A stretch of DNA of 64,000 bases from the human T2T-CHM13v2.0 reference genome, Homo sapiens. Each line of letters opens with the position of its first letter. Within the stretch, counting starts at the first letter, position 1. The notes beneath the pieces were generated by a model, which saw nothing but the letters and a program-made list of their open reading frames with translations, had not been told where the DNA came from and did no database searches. The stretch is taken from the NCBI RefSeq assembly GCF_009914755.1, contig NC_060934.1; one strand, written 5' to 3'. Positions 18,292 to 30,421 of this stretch are shown one piece after another. The translations under genes were made by a program, and so were the position numbers.

Positions 18292-18600
18292 GGCCGGGCA
18301 CAGTGGCTCACGCCTGTAATCCCAGCACTTTGGGAGGCTGAGGTGGGCAGATCACGAGGTCAGGAGATCAAGACCATCCTGGCTAACACGGTGAAACCCT
18401 GTCTCTACTAAAAATACAAAAAATTAGCTGGGTGTGGTGGCGGGCACGGTGGTGGACGCCTGTAGTCCCAGCTACTCAGGAGGCTGAGGCAGGAAAATGG
18501 CGTGAACCTGGGAGGCAGAGCTTGCAGTAAGCCGAGATTGCGCCACTGCACTCCAGCCTGGGCGACAGAGCAAGACTTCGTCTCAAAAAAATAAAAAAAA
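18292..18600 (+). mobile_element. AluY with internal duplication
   Basis: ACCATCCTGGCTAACACGG, ATGGCGTGAACC, GAGCTTG diagnostics. Confidence 0.88.
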
Positions 18601-18762
18601 TTACCTGGTGTGGTGACATGCACCTATAGTCCAGCTACTTAGGAGGCTGAGGGATGAGGATCTCTTGAGCTCAAGAGTTGGAGGCTGTAGGGAGCTATGA
18701 TCAGGCCATCACACTCCAGCCTGGGTGAGAGTGAGATGCCATCTCTTAAAGAAAAAAAAAAG
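18601..18762 (+). mobile_element. AluJ right arm only
   Basis: GAGCTATGATCAGGCCATCACACTCCAGCC plus A tail. Confidence 0.8.
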
Positions 18763-20566
18763 TTATCATGCCAGACTCCCTTGTTTCTTGGGATAAGTTT
18801 TCTCCCAAGAGATGCTTCCAATATTCACTAAAAAAAAAAAAAAAAAAAAAAGTTTCCAGGAAGACCTGCCTTATCAGGCCTCCCCACCCCAGGTAAGGGC
18901 TAAACCTCCACCCCTCCACTCGGCCCCAAGATGAGACTCCAGTCCAGGTGCATGTAGAGTAATGGGCTTGGGGTCAAGGTGCAGAAGGTTCTGGCACCAG
19001 TAGACAGCTGTACTGAAGTTTGGGGTCAGGATTGAGGCTGTGCAGGTTTCTCCACTGCCCAGGAGAGCTGGGTGTCTGCCCCCTCCATCCAGCGCGCCCA
19101 GCAGAGCTACAGGGACAGTGGCTTCGGATGAGCAACAGTCACCGAGGAATATGCTGAGCGAGTAGAGTCCAGGTCTGCATTCTGGAAGCTTAGGGTTAAG
19201 GGACTTAATAGGGCCAGTGCCTGGGACCTCTATACAACGCAGAATTGTGGAAAGCCTGCTTCCCACAGCAGGCTTCGGTGGTGACGGTTTTTTGTTGGGA
19301 AATCAGCAAGCCTCCTCTTTGCCTTTTTTGGAGACAGAGCAATCGGGCTTATGTGCTTGGGAAAGATGTGTTGGAGAATATGCTTTTCATTACATTACAC
19401 AGAGGCAGACGAAGCTGAGGGTCAGGCCCAGGTCTCTGGAGCTGAGGCTTTAGTACCAATTTCCTCTGGAGGGGCGGCTGCCTGATGCACACTACTTTCT
19501 CAAGAATTTGACACTGTAAGACTCAGGACACGGGAATGAGAGGCTTGGAGAGTCCCGATGTCATCTCTTCCATTGGCTTTTTTCTTCCCTTCCCTTTTGA
19601 TCTTCCCGTCCCAGGCCCGCCGTTTGTTTTCCATTATCCAGCTTCCTGCTCTCATGTCCAGAGTCCCAGGGCTCCAGTGTCCTGGCCCCCATCGGTGCCA
19701 GGGCTGCCCAGAAGGCAGACAAATCAGAGGCGTCGTAGCCTGGCGTCTCCTCTCGCATGTCGAGGGCCGCTTTCACCATCTGCTTTCAATGAAGTGTGGG
19801 TTTCGGTACATATTATGGAAACAGAAATGGAAAAACCATCGGGGTCCCTCCTGCAAAAACAATCATTATCCACTGAAATGAGCTCTTAGGAACTTCCGGG
19901 TGGAGAGCACATCACTATTAATGAAGAAGAATTCAGACAGGAATTCTGGCCGGGCTGGACAGACAGGAGAGGGAAGAAGAAATGGAATGTTCTGACTCAC
20001 CCGGCAGTTAAGAGGAGAGTCCCTTAATAGAGCAAACAGAACAGTCCTACAGCCGCGGCTGTGGAATCTGCTGCCAGCCTGGTTTCTCTCTGACTCAGAA
20101 TGTGGCTTTCAGGGCTATGGTGCTGGGGAGGTGGGCTCCATCACCCGAGGAACACCTAGCCCGCGACAGAGGAGATACGAGCACAAAGGCTGGGAATGCC
20201 ATCTGCACTAGCAGGACCTGGCCAGCCCGGGTCCGCCGGTGCCAGGGAGGGCTAGGCCTCAGAGCCAGACTCACACCAGCCTTCCTGGAGGAATTTGCCA
20301 TCCTTCACTCTCCCTCGCCCTGTGTACCCCATGTGCTGAGGAGTTGCAGTGTGAAGACAGGAGCCTCAACAAGTCTGCAGTTTAGCGAGCAAGAAAAGGA
20401 AGCATCAAAGCTGCATCAAACTTAGTGAGGATGGGGAGAAAGAGGAGTTTCCACAATGCCCTTGGTATTTTCTCCTCCTGAGAGAAGAGCCAGCCAGCGC
20501 TGCCCATTCTAGAGAGTGATATATGCATGCATCCTATGTGTGATTGCAGGACTGGGGCATGGTGCA

Positions 20567-20597
20567 TGTGTGTGTGTGCGTGTGTGTGTGTGTGTGT
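20567..20597. repeat. (TG)n
   Basis: Seen directly. Confidence 0.9.
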
Positions 20598-21123
20598 ATC
20601 AAAAGCCCACTTTCCCTCCGGTCGCCCATGCCTGAAATTCTACACGTAAAGGCCATTCTCTTCTTCCCTCTTCAGACACCATCATCTCAAAGAGAATAAT
20701 ACTTTATGCTTTATCAGTAATTGGCATCATTGGGGAAATTCATTCATCAGACTCTCCTCTTCATGGGAGCAAAAAGGGCTGAAAATGAGAATGCCGAGTA
20801 CTGGTATGGGACCATGCAGGAGAGAGAGATGTGCTGGGCTTCCCAGCTGTGCTCAGGGATCCACACCTGAGTCCCAGCCTCTGTGCGGTGAGGGAGAGCA
20901 GATGAGCAGGGAAGAATGTGTCCTCCCTCCTCCCAGAGACCACCAATTTCAAGTCAATGCTTTTCAGGGAACAGCGTCTGTTGATAGGTAGCTGGTTTCC
21001 AAATCTGGATTCCTCATAGATGGGTCTGGCTTGGGACCCCCTCATTTCCAAATCCTGCACTTTCCATCAGCTGGCATTTCCATGTGTCTAGGGCTTAACT
21101 ATTCTCAACCTGCTTCTGTTAAA

Positions 21124-21154
21124 ATGGTGCAAAAGTAATTGCACCAACATAATA
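21124..21154. mobile_element. Collapsed MADE1 (Hsmar1 MITE) remnant
   Basis: TGGTGCAAAAGTAATTGC joined directly to ACCAACATAATA, i.e. the two MADE1 ends fused. Confidence 0.7.
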
Positions 21155-21232
21155 CATAACTTCTCTCATGGATCCTCACAACAACGTGAACACATGGTCA
21201 TTTTTACCTGTTGGGAAAAGACAGCGAGTGAA

Positions 21233-21362
21233 GCCAGGCATGGTGGCTCAAGCCTGTCATACCAACTACTTGGGAGGCTGAGGTGGGAGTATTGCTTGAG
21301 GCCAGGAGTTCAAGACTAGCCTGGGCAACATAGCAAGATTCCCCCATCTCAAAAATGAAAGA
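21233..21362 (+). mobile_element. FLAM with purine-rich tail
   Basis: Monomer. Confidence 0.8.
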
Positions 21363-22021
21363 AAGAGAGAGAAAGGAAGGAAGCAAGGAAGGCAGGAGGA
21401 AGAAAGGAAGGACAAAACCAGCAAGAAAGAGTCTGAGGGGGAAAGGATGAGGAAACTCCTTCCCTCAGTTCCCTAAGCACCATGCTGCACACACCTGCAG
21501 GCACCTCACTGCATCAGAACCCAGAGTGCAGGAAGGAGCCATTCATCTTCCTGGGAATGAGTCTTCCAGATGCAACACTGTAGCAACAGTAACTATTATC
21601 TCTGGCACAACGTTGCTTACAAAACAGAGGGCCCTCAGAAACTTCAAGGCCAGCTATTGAACTCTGTCCTGATGCAGGCACACACATTAGTTCAGTAATT
21701 ACAATGCTGCAGTAAAGAACTCCTTAATTCTTCCCAGGCCGAGGGAAGGTGCAGATGGCTGGGAAGGTCTGCCCTTCTTCCCTGGCATTGAAGAGGATAG
21801 GGACTGCTTGTCTTCTTGGTGGGCGGGCTATTTATTTACTCAGCTCTCTGGATAGCCTCAGAGTGGTAGGCTTAAATAAACCAGAGCGTGGGGGTGGCAC
21901 GTGCTGGGAAGGTGGGAAGTGAGCCTCCTGTCCCACTCAGGTCTCTCCTGAGTTTGGAGCCACCTTACAAATCACAAATTCCACGGCCAGAGAGTCATGG
22001 TTCCAGCAACTCCCCTTGTCA

Positions 22022-22483
<462 letters not shown>

Positions 22484-22666
22484 TCAAAGCTCCCCTTGCT
22501 TTGTTACACCAACTTAGGCGCTTGCTCATCAATCACTGCTCATTCTTCAGTCTATTCCTGAGTGCTTGCTTTGGAATTTACTGTTATTTTTTGTCTCATA
22601 CTAGATTGTTCCAAGTGGGGCCTATTCTTTCTAATTTTTAATATACATTCCCATATAGTTCACTGA

Positions 22667-23050
<384 letters not shown>

Positions 23051-23224
23051 TGAGAGTGCTCTGGGACTAATTGAGCCAAGTACCATACTATGAATCTGGT
23101 TGGTGACTAATGTACTTGGAACTAATAGGAAAGAGTTAGTTTATTTTGGCTCAGTGATCTGGCCATCCATTGCTTAGTGACCACAAATTATGACCCACAG
23201 AAGAAGTGAAGTAATTTATGTATA

Positions 23225-23420
23225 ATCATAGAACAGCTAACACCTAGACAGAGGTTCTTCTGAGCCAGGCATCATGCTAAGAACTTTGCATATATTAACT
23301 CATTTAATCCTAAAAACAACCGGCTGAGGTGAGTTTTATCGTTATCCCCGTTGTGCAGATAAGGAAACTTAGGCAGAGAGAGGTAAGCAATTTCTCCAAG
23401 GTCACACAGGGTTAGCTGGA
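23225..23420 (-). mobile_element. MIR
   Basis: CTCATTTAATCCT...CAGATAAGGAAACT..GGTCACACAG. Confidence 0.8.
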
Positions 23421-24149
23421 CCTTATATAGACCCAAGACTCACTCCCTGTCTTGCCTTGCACATTGGCAAAGGCTAACCACGATTTTTAATGAACTCTGG
23501 GCAATTAATGGAGTTGATTAGCCGTGGCCGAATTTGTGCTGCCACCATGAGGAGGAAGAATCATAGTCCACCCAGACTGATGAGAACTCAGGAACCAGGA
23601 AAGGCAAGGTGAATGTGAAGCTGAGGTCTGTGTCTCCACTCAAGGACCAAACAGGAAATTCAGGGTGGGAGGGGGGCTCTGTCCAGTCTCCCAGCAGTGA
23701 CCAGGGACAATGAGCTGGGCTTGGGCACCGCAGGGCTTAATTGTGGACTGTACCATGTTAACCGAGCTCAGAGTCCAAAGGCTAAAGTGAAACAGAAAGC
23801 CAGGCCGACTGTCTGGCTGGGTCATCTGCCCAAGAGGATTAGAGGAGGCAGAGCAACGCAGGTGTGAGTTAGCAGGGTGGAAAAACGAACCCAGCGTGCA
23901 GGCGCAGCTAGGAAGAGGTGGGGACAGATGCCCTCCGAGCGTGCCGCACTACTTCTCACGGGAAACCTTCAGGCCTGGGGAGTCTCTGGGGCGTGGTGAG
24001 GGAGGTGCTGTTCCTCCTCTCATATTCCTGGCTTGGCAGAGCCTGGTCCTGAAGTTGGGATATGGTCTAGTTACTAATATATTCTGTTAGGACATGACCA
24101 GGACACAGGAATCCCAGCTCACCGCATCCCCACCTGGGTTCAGAGAAGC

Positions 24150-24400
24150 AGATTGGATAGTGGGTAGACGGATGGCCTTTCGAAGCAGATAAACCTGGGC
24201 TCAGACTTTGGCCTCCGTTAACTCTTAGCTATGTGACCTTGGGCAAATCTATAACCTCCCTCTAAGCCTCAGTCTTCCCAGTTATAAAATGGGAATATTA
24301 ATAAAACATGTAACTAACCAAGTTAATGTAGTAGTTAAATGCCATAAGAGGTGCAGGATAGTTTGCAGAAGGGTTGACTTGCACTAAATGATACCTCTAT
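24150..24400 (+). mobile_element. MIR
   Basis: TGTGACCTTGGGCAAATC..GCCTCAGT..TAAAATGGG. Confidence 0.8.
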
Positions 24401-26859
24401 TTGCTGTTGTTATCAGTGTCAGGAATAACAAACGTTATTGGCTGGAAGGTGGCAAGGAGAGGGCAGGACTGAGCTAAATCATCCTTCTAATTGTTTGCGG
24501 GGCTCTCTTTTCTTCCTCTACTTCTAACTACTTGGATATGAGCCCTTCCAAAGGATCTCCCCTCCCCCAGAATCCCAAGCAAATGCCAGGTGCTTAAGGG
24601 ACAGCAGGGTGGTGGCTCAGGAGGAAGCCCTAGGTCTTCTCCCACAACCAACTCTCACCTCAGTTCTTGCCTCAGCCAGAAGAGCTGCTGTGGGTCCCTT
24701 GATCCAAATAGCCGTAACAAAGCTAAGCTGCCTCGGATTTCTAAGGCCATTTTCTCAGAAGAGTCCCGTGGGCCCCTTTGAGTCAATCCTGGGAAGCCAA
24801 CGGGGTGGAAGGAGAGTCAGGCTCCACGAGGTCAGGACTGTCAGCTCAGAGTCTATTCCTGGCCCTTCCTAGCCTCACCTGGGTCTAAGTACGCTCCCTG
24901 GCCCCACAAATGCCCCGTTAGCTATAGGCATCACCTGCTGAGCTCCCAGCCTCTTTGCGAGGTACTCCTTATTCTTCCAACTTTCAAACAATAGAAACAC
25001 AAAATCTGTGTTTCTGTGTTTGGACACAACTCTCGTCACTTTGGATAGGTGCCTCCAGCTGTATGATGAGACGTGGGCTCTGCTCACTCACCGTGACCTC
25101 GAAACCCTTGAGACCCCTGTGGAGCAGAGCACGTCCTCACCCCCAGCAGCCCAGCCTCCTCCTGGGACCCCCTTCTGTCCCATCAAGGGACATCTCTGAT
25201 ACCTGGGAGACCTGGGCACCGGAGCCCCTTGCTCACCCGCCCCTGCCCAGTGAAGAATGAATGACTTCAGGATCCACTGCTTAACAAAGAAACACATGAA
25301 GGGGCCTGATTTTCCCGGCTGCTAAGAGGGGAAAGGAAGCTGGGCTCTGTGAATCACACAATGCCATCCAAACAATTCAAGGAAATGTCCAAGGGAAGGG
25401 ACCAAAATAGCCCAGCACATCCCTGCATGCTGGGAGAGTCAAGAAAATGAAAGCCGGGGTCTGTCCAGCACAAGGAGATGGGACATTTAAAAAAAGAAAA
25501 GACAGTTTCCCCACAGCAGAGGAAGCTGCCATTTATAAATATTTACTGAGACAAAGTTGTGCATTCACTTCCAAGCCCAGGAAGGAAATATTCCAGGGCA
25601 GAGGTAGAGGTCTGGGTGCTGGAGGCCGGCTCTCCCCTGCCGGGGAGCCAGCCACCGTGCCCATCAATCTGATCCTCAGCTCTGGGTTACGTGACAGATT
25701 GTGGGTAGCTTGACATAGGCCACGATGAGACGAGCCGCACTGCAGAAATGGGCAAGTGTCACACAGGAGGGCTCCTCTCCCCACCACCACAGGACCGACA
25801 GTTCCACGTTTACCAGCACGTCACTGGGCGGAGAGACCAGTAAGGGACCCAGCACATCCCAGCAGGTGGCAGGACTTCACTCCTAGTGGGTTTTGGCTTG
25901 ACTGTGGATGCCCAGGAAGACGAGCCTTTGGCCCAGGCTGTGTCCTCCAGTGGAAGGACTTCATTGGCAGAGAAGTTTGAATAGAGATGCTAACTCTCCA
26001 AGTCTTCTCTCTCTCCCTCTTTTCTAACAGAGTCAATTCTGAAAAGCTCTCTCTGGAGGAAAGAGTCTTCAAGACCCAGCTAACTAAACATGGAGCCCAG
26101 GAGAGGATAAACAGTATCTGTTATCATACTCATTATCCTTGGCTTCAAAGGACTCAACATGTTTACAAAGAGAACACGAGAGTTCTCTATGTTTATTTTA
26201 AAGTATGGACTTTAATAAACAGTCTTAAAAAAAAAACCAAATAACTCACGGGGAAAGCAATCTTCTTTCTGTGTTTTATGCATCAGTCAAAACATAACAC
26301 TCCCTTTGGCTTTGGCTTAAATGAGTTTTGTTTCTTCACTAAAGTTCACCGTTTATAAAATACATACACTTTATTGACTTTGATCTCCCCACTGGCACAG
26401 CTTGAGGTTGGTTCAAAGTTCTATAGAGTTAAACACAACCACATGTGACTGAGGCAGCTCTTGTGGCCTGTTTGCCAATGTCTGCAAAGGCAAGACAGGG
26501 ATCAGAAATTTTAGAGAGGCAAGCGATGCCAAGATCAAGGGTGTGCCCCCGACTCCGAGGAGACCTCAGCCAAAGGCTTCCTCCTCCTGGCCTGCTTCTG
26601 GGTAGCCAGAACTTTTACCAGGATGGAGAGGTGGGCAACGTGGCACAGGCCCACACTGTCTCCCAGAGGTGAGGAGTATGCCAGCCGAATTGGCTCTTTC
26701 TAATCTTCCCAGACTTGAGACACTTGGAAGAAAATGCATGTCTTTGCAGGTTTTTTTTAAAAAGTAAAATTCATACTCCTTAGTTACAAGAAGTCAAAAG
26801 TATAGGCATTTAAAATCTATGTGCTTGTGCACCCGTGCGTAGAGGTATATAGGTAAGCA

Positions 26860-27035
26860 CGCAGATGAATGATAGAGATGAATAGATAGATGGACAGACA
26901 GACAGATAGATGATAGGTAATAGATAGACGATAGTTAAATTGATAGGTGATAAATAATACATAGATGATAGGTAAATGAGAGTAGATAATAGTAGATGAT
27001 AAATAGTAGGTAAGTAGATAGGTAGATGGATGGAT
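26860..27035. repeat. Degenerate (TAGA/GATA)n, left half of a split STR
   Basis: Seen directly. Confidence 0.85.
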
Positions 27036-28397
27036 GTAAAATATAAAGGAGTTTAATTGAGCAATGAATGATTTGTGAATCAGGCAGCCCCCAGAGTCAC
27101 AGCAGAGTCACAGAGACTCCAGGGATGTCTCGTGGCCAGAACACATTTATAGACAAATAAAAGAGGGAAATGATATACCGAAATCAGCAGTGAGGTAAAG
27201 AAAGAGCTGGATTGGTTACAGGTTGGCATTTGCCTTATTTGAACACAGTTTGAACACTTAGCAGTCTATGAGTGGTTAAAGTGTGGCCACTGGGATGGGC
27301 CAAGACTCAGCTACTGTTACAGGTGCATACTACTAAGTTAGGTTTTCAGTCTTGTCTGCCTATTAAGCTAGGTGGCAGTTCATCCACAAGGACTCAAATA
27401 TAGAAGTATGGAGTCCTTCTCTGTGGGCGGAAAGCCACTCAGGTGCCGAAGCAAGAGACTGAAGGCACAGGCTGTTCCAATATAATAAAGAAAATAGTTA
27501 GGATAAGAGAAAGTTATATGAGTAATAGAATATAGAGATGATTATATATGGATATTATAAATCATTAGTTTTTAGTATTAATCTTTGTATTATTATTATT
27601 ACCAAAGAAAAATCAGGCCATACAGAGTTAGGAACTGAAGGGACATTGTGAGAAGTGACCAGAAGACAAGAGTGTGAGCCTTCTGTATGCCCGGATAAGG
27701 GCCGCTTGAGGGCTCCTTGGTCTAGCGGTAGTGCCAGTGCCTGGGAAGGCACCCGTTATTTAGCAGACTGGGAAAAGGAGTCTCCCTTTCCCTGGGGGGA
27801 GTCAGAGAACACTCTGCTCCACCAGCTCTTGTGGGAGGCCTGACATTAGCCAGGCCTGCCCACAGTCATCCAGAGGCTTGAACGTCTCCCTGTGATGCTG
27901 TGCTTCAGTGGTCACGCTCCTTGTCCACTTTCATATCCCACCTGTACACCTGGCTCCTCCTTTTAAGTTCTTAAAAGATAGCAGTAACAGAATTAGTGAA
28001 AGTATTAAAGTCTTTTATCTCTCTGATAAGTGCATAGAAGAAATGCTGACGTATGCTGTCCTCCCTCTCTGCTTCCGCTACCACAAAGGGAAAGGCCCCC
28101 TGTCACGTGGACATGTGACTTGCTTGACCTTATCAATCATTTGAGATGACTCACACTCCTTACCCTGCCCCCTTGCCTTGTATACAATAAATAGCAGTGC
28201 GTCCAGGCATTCGGGGCCACTACCAGGCTCCGCACATTGGTGGTAGTTCTCCTCTGGGCCCAGCTGTCTTTTCTTCTATCTCTTTGTCTTGTGTCTATTT
28301 TTCTAAGATCTCTCGTCTCCGCACACAAACAGAAAACCCACAGGCCCTGTAGGGCTGGACCCTACACTTCTCAGGCCATATTTAGTTTGCTTTAACA
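27036..28397 (-). mobile_element. MER57A1 (ERV1) LTR, split by LTR13
   Basis: Antisense TGTTAAAGCAAACTAAATATGGCCTGAGAAGGACTCC... rejoins across the insert. Confidence 0.8.
27422..28366 (+). mobile_element. LTR13-family (ERVK-class) solo LTR, complete
   Basis: TGTGGGCGG...GGACCCTACA termini; 6-bp TSD CTTCTC (27416-27421 and 28367-28372). Confidence 0.85.
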
Positions 28398-28435
28398 GAT
28401 AGATGTATACATAGATAGATGATAGATAGATAGAC

Positions 28436-28479
<44 letters not shown>

Positions 28480-28480
28480 G
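28398..28480. repeat. (GATA)n STR, right half
   Basis: Seen directly. Confidence 0.95.
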
Positions 28481-28544
28481 TAAATTCTCTGTCAACTCTC
28501 TGATTTTATTCTTCCTGCAAGAAAATTTTCTATCATTTTCTGCA

Positions 28545-29320
28545 GGCACTGGGGTTGCCTACCTGGCAGCCATTGTCCCCTTCTTCTGTGGTGACAGAGT
28601 CCTGATTCAGTTCAGCTCCATCTCTCTTCCTGAGGACTCAGAATTAAATCTGTTTGTTCTAAGTCAGTCCTGGTGACCCCAGTACCCTTGCCTGGGACTG
28701 GTTCAGTATTTGATAGGAGATCATTTCTTTCTTTCTTTTTTTTGAGATGGAGTCTCACTCTGTTGCCCAGGCTGGAGTGGCTCACTGCAGCCTCCGCTTC
28801 CCAGGTTCAAGCAATTCTCCTGCCTCAGCCTCACAAGTAGTTGGGATTGCAGGCATCTGCCGGCATGCCTGGCTAATTTTTTTGTATTTTTAGTAGAGAT
28901 GGGGTTTCACCATGTTGGTCTGGCTGGTCTCAAACTCCTGACCTCAGGTGATCTGGCAGCCTCGGCCTCCCAAAGTGCTGGGATTACAGGCGTGAGCCAC
29001 ATTGCCCAGCCGGAGACCATTTCTAATCAATGAGATATGATGGATGATTCGCTTGTGGACTACTGACAGGAGAAGACTTTTCCTCCCCAAATAAAGGGAA
29101 TTAGGAAAGAACTCTCTTGTTTTTCTGTCTCCAGGATGTTTGAAGCTACTGCAGTTGTCTTAAAACCATGAGGGCAGCTAATTGAAGATGAAGAGTGAAA
29201 TGATGGAGAAATTGAAGTCTTTACTTAACATTCAGTTAATCCACTGAATGAATCAACTGTAAAATTGACCTCATTCTGGACTTCCTGTTATAAAAGAAAT
29301 AAATTCTCTTATTATTCAGG
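28545..29320 (+). mobile_element. Old ERVL/MaLR LTR (LTR16-like), split by Alu
   Basis: GCTACTGCAGTTGTCTT..CCATGAGG, TCTGGACTTCCTGTTA..AAATAAA. Confidence 0.5.
28724..29011 (-). mobile_element. AluSx
   Basis: TSD GGAGA(T/C)CATTTCT. Confidence 0.9.
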
Positions 29321-29334
29321 TTTTTTTTGGGGGG

Positions 29335-30001
29335 GGGAGAGTAACGGCTTTATTAAAATATAATTCAGATACTATATAATTCACTCATTTAAAGTGCACC
29401 ACCCAGGGCTTTTTAGTATATTCACGGGGTTGTGCAACCATTACCACAAATCATTTAGAAAACATGCCCATCGCCTCCAAAGCTATGCCACCCCCCATCC
29501 TCCCCTTTACACCAGCCCTAAAAACCACTAATTCTGTCTCTGTGAAATTGCCTATTGTGGATATCTTATTTTATTTTATTTTTTTGAAACGGTGTCTTAC
29601 TCTGTCACTCAGGCTGGAGCAGTGGCATGATCTCAGCTCCCTGCAACCTCTGCTTCCCAGGTTCAAGCAATTCTCCTGCCTCAGCCTCCCGAGTAACTGG
29701 GATTACAGGCGTGTGCCATCACACTCAGCTAATTTTTGTATTTGTAGTAGAGATGGGTTTCACCATGTTAGCCAGGCTGTTCTCAAACTCCCAACCTCAA
29801 GTGATACACCTGCCTCGGCTTCCCAAAATTCTGAGATTACAAGCGTAAGCCACTGCTCCTGTCCTGTTTCTTTTTATAGCTGAATGATACTCCCTTGTAT
29901 GTGTATACCACATTTGGCTTATTCTTTCGTTTGTTGATTGACATTTGGGTTGTTTCCACCTTTTGAGTTTCATGAATAATGCTGCTATGAACATTTGTGT
30001 A
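29335..30001 (-). mobile_element. L1MB 3' end (host of Tigger1; resumes at 34176)
   Basis: AACGGCTTTATT..AATTCACTCATTTAAAGTG; GAACATTTGTGTA|CAAGTTTTTG rejoins across Tigger1. Confidence 0.8.
29567..29864 (-). mobile_element. AluS
   Basis: Antisense dimer. Confidence 0.88.
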
Positions 30002-30421
30002 CAGGTGTGTCTCATTTTATTGCACTTTGCTTTCTTGTACTTTGCAGAGATCGTGTGTTTCACACATTGAAGATTTGTGGCAACCCTGCAACAAGCAAGT
30101 CTGTCAGTGCCATTTTCACAACAGAGGCTCACTTCCTGTCTCTGTCATATTTTGGTAATTCTTGCAATATTTCAAACTTTTCATGATTATTATATCTTTT
30201 ATGTTGATCTGTGATCAGCAATCTTTGGTGTTACTATTGTTAATTGTTTCAGGGCTACACAAATCTCACCCACATAAGACAAGATGATGAACTGAATGGA
30301 TAAATGTTGTGCGTGTTCTGATTGTGTGTCACTGGCTGTACCCTTGTCTCTCTCCTGCTCCTTGGCCTCGTATTCACTGAGACACAACAATACTGAAATT
30401 AGGTCAATTAATAACCCTACG

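Noticed and set aside
25008-25199. Protein-looking 63-aa ORF
   Set aside because: GTG start, no recognisable homology, no convincing splice frame
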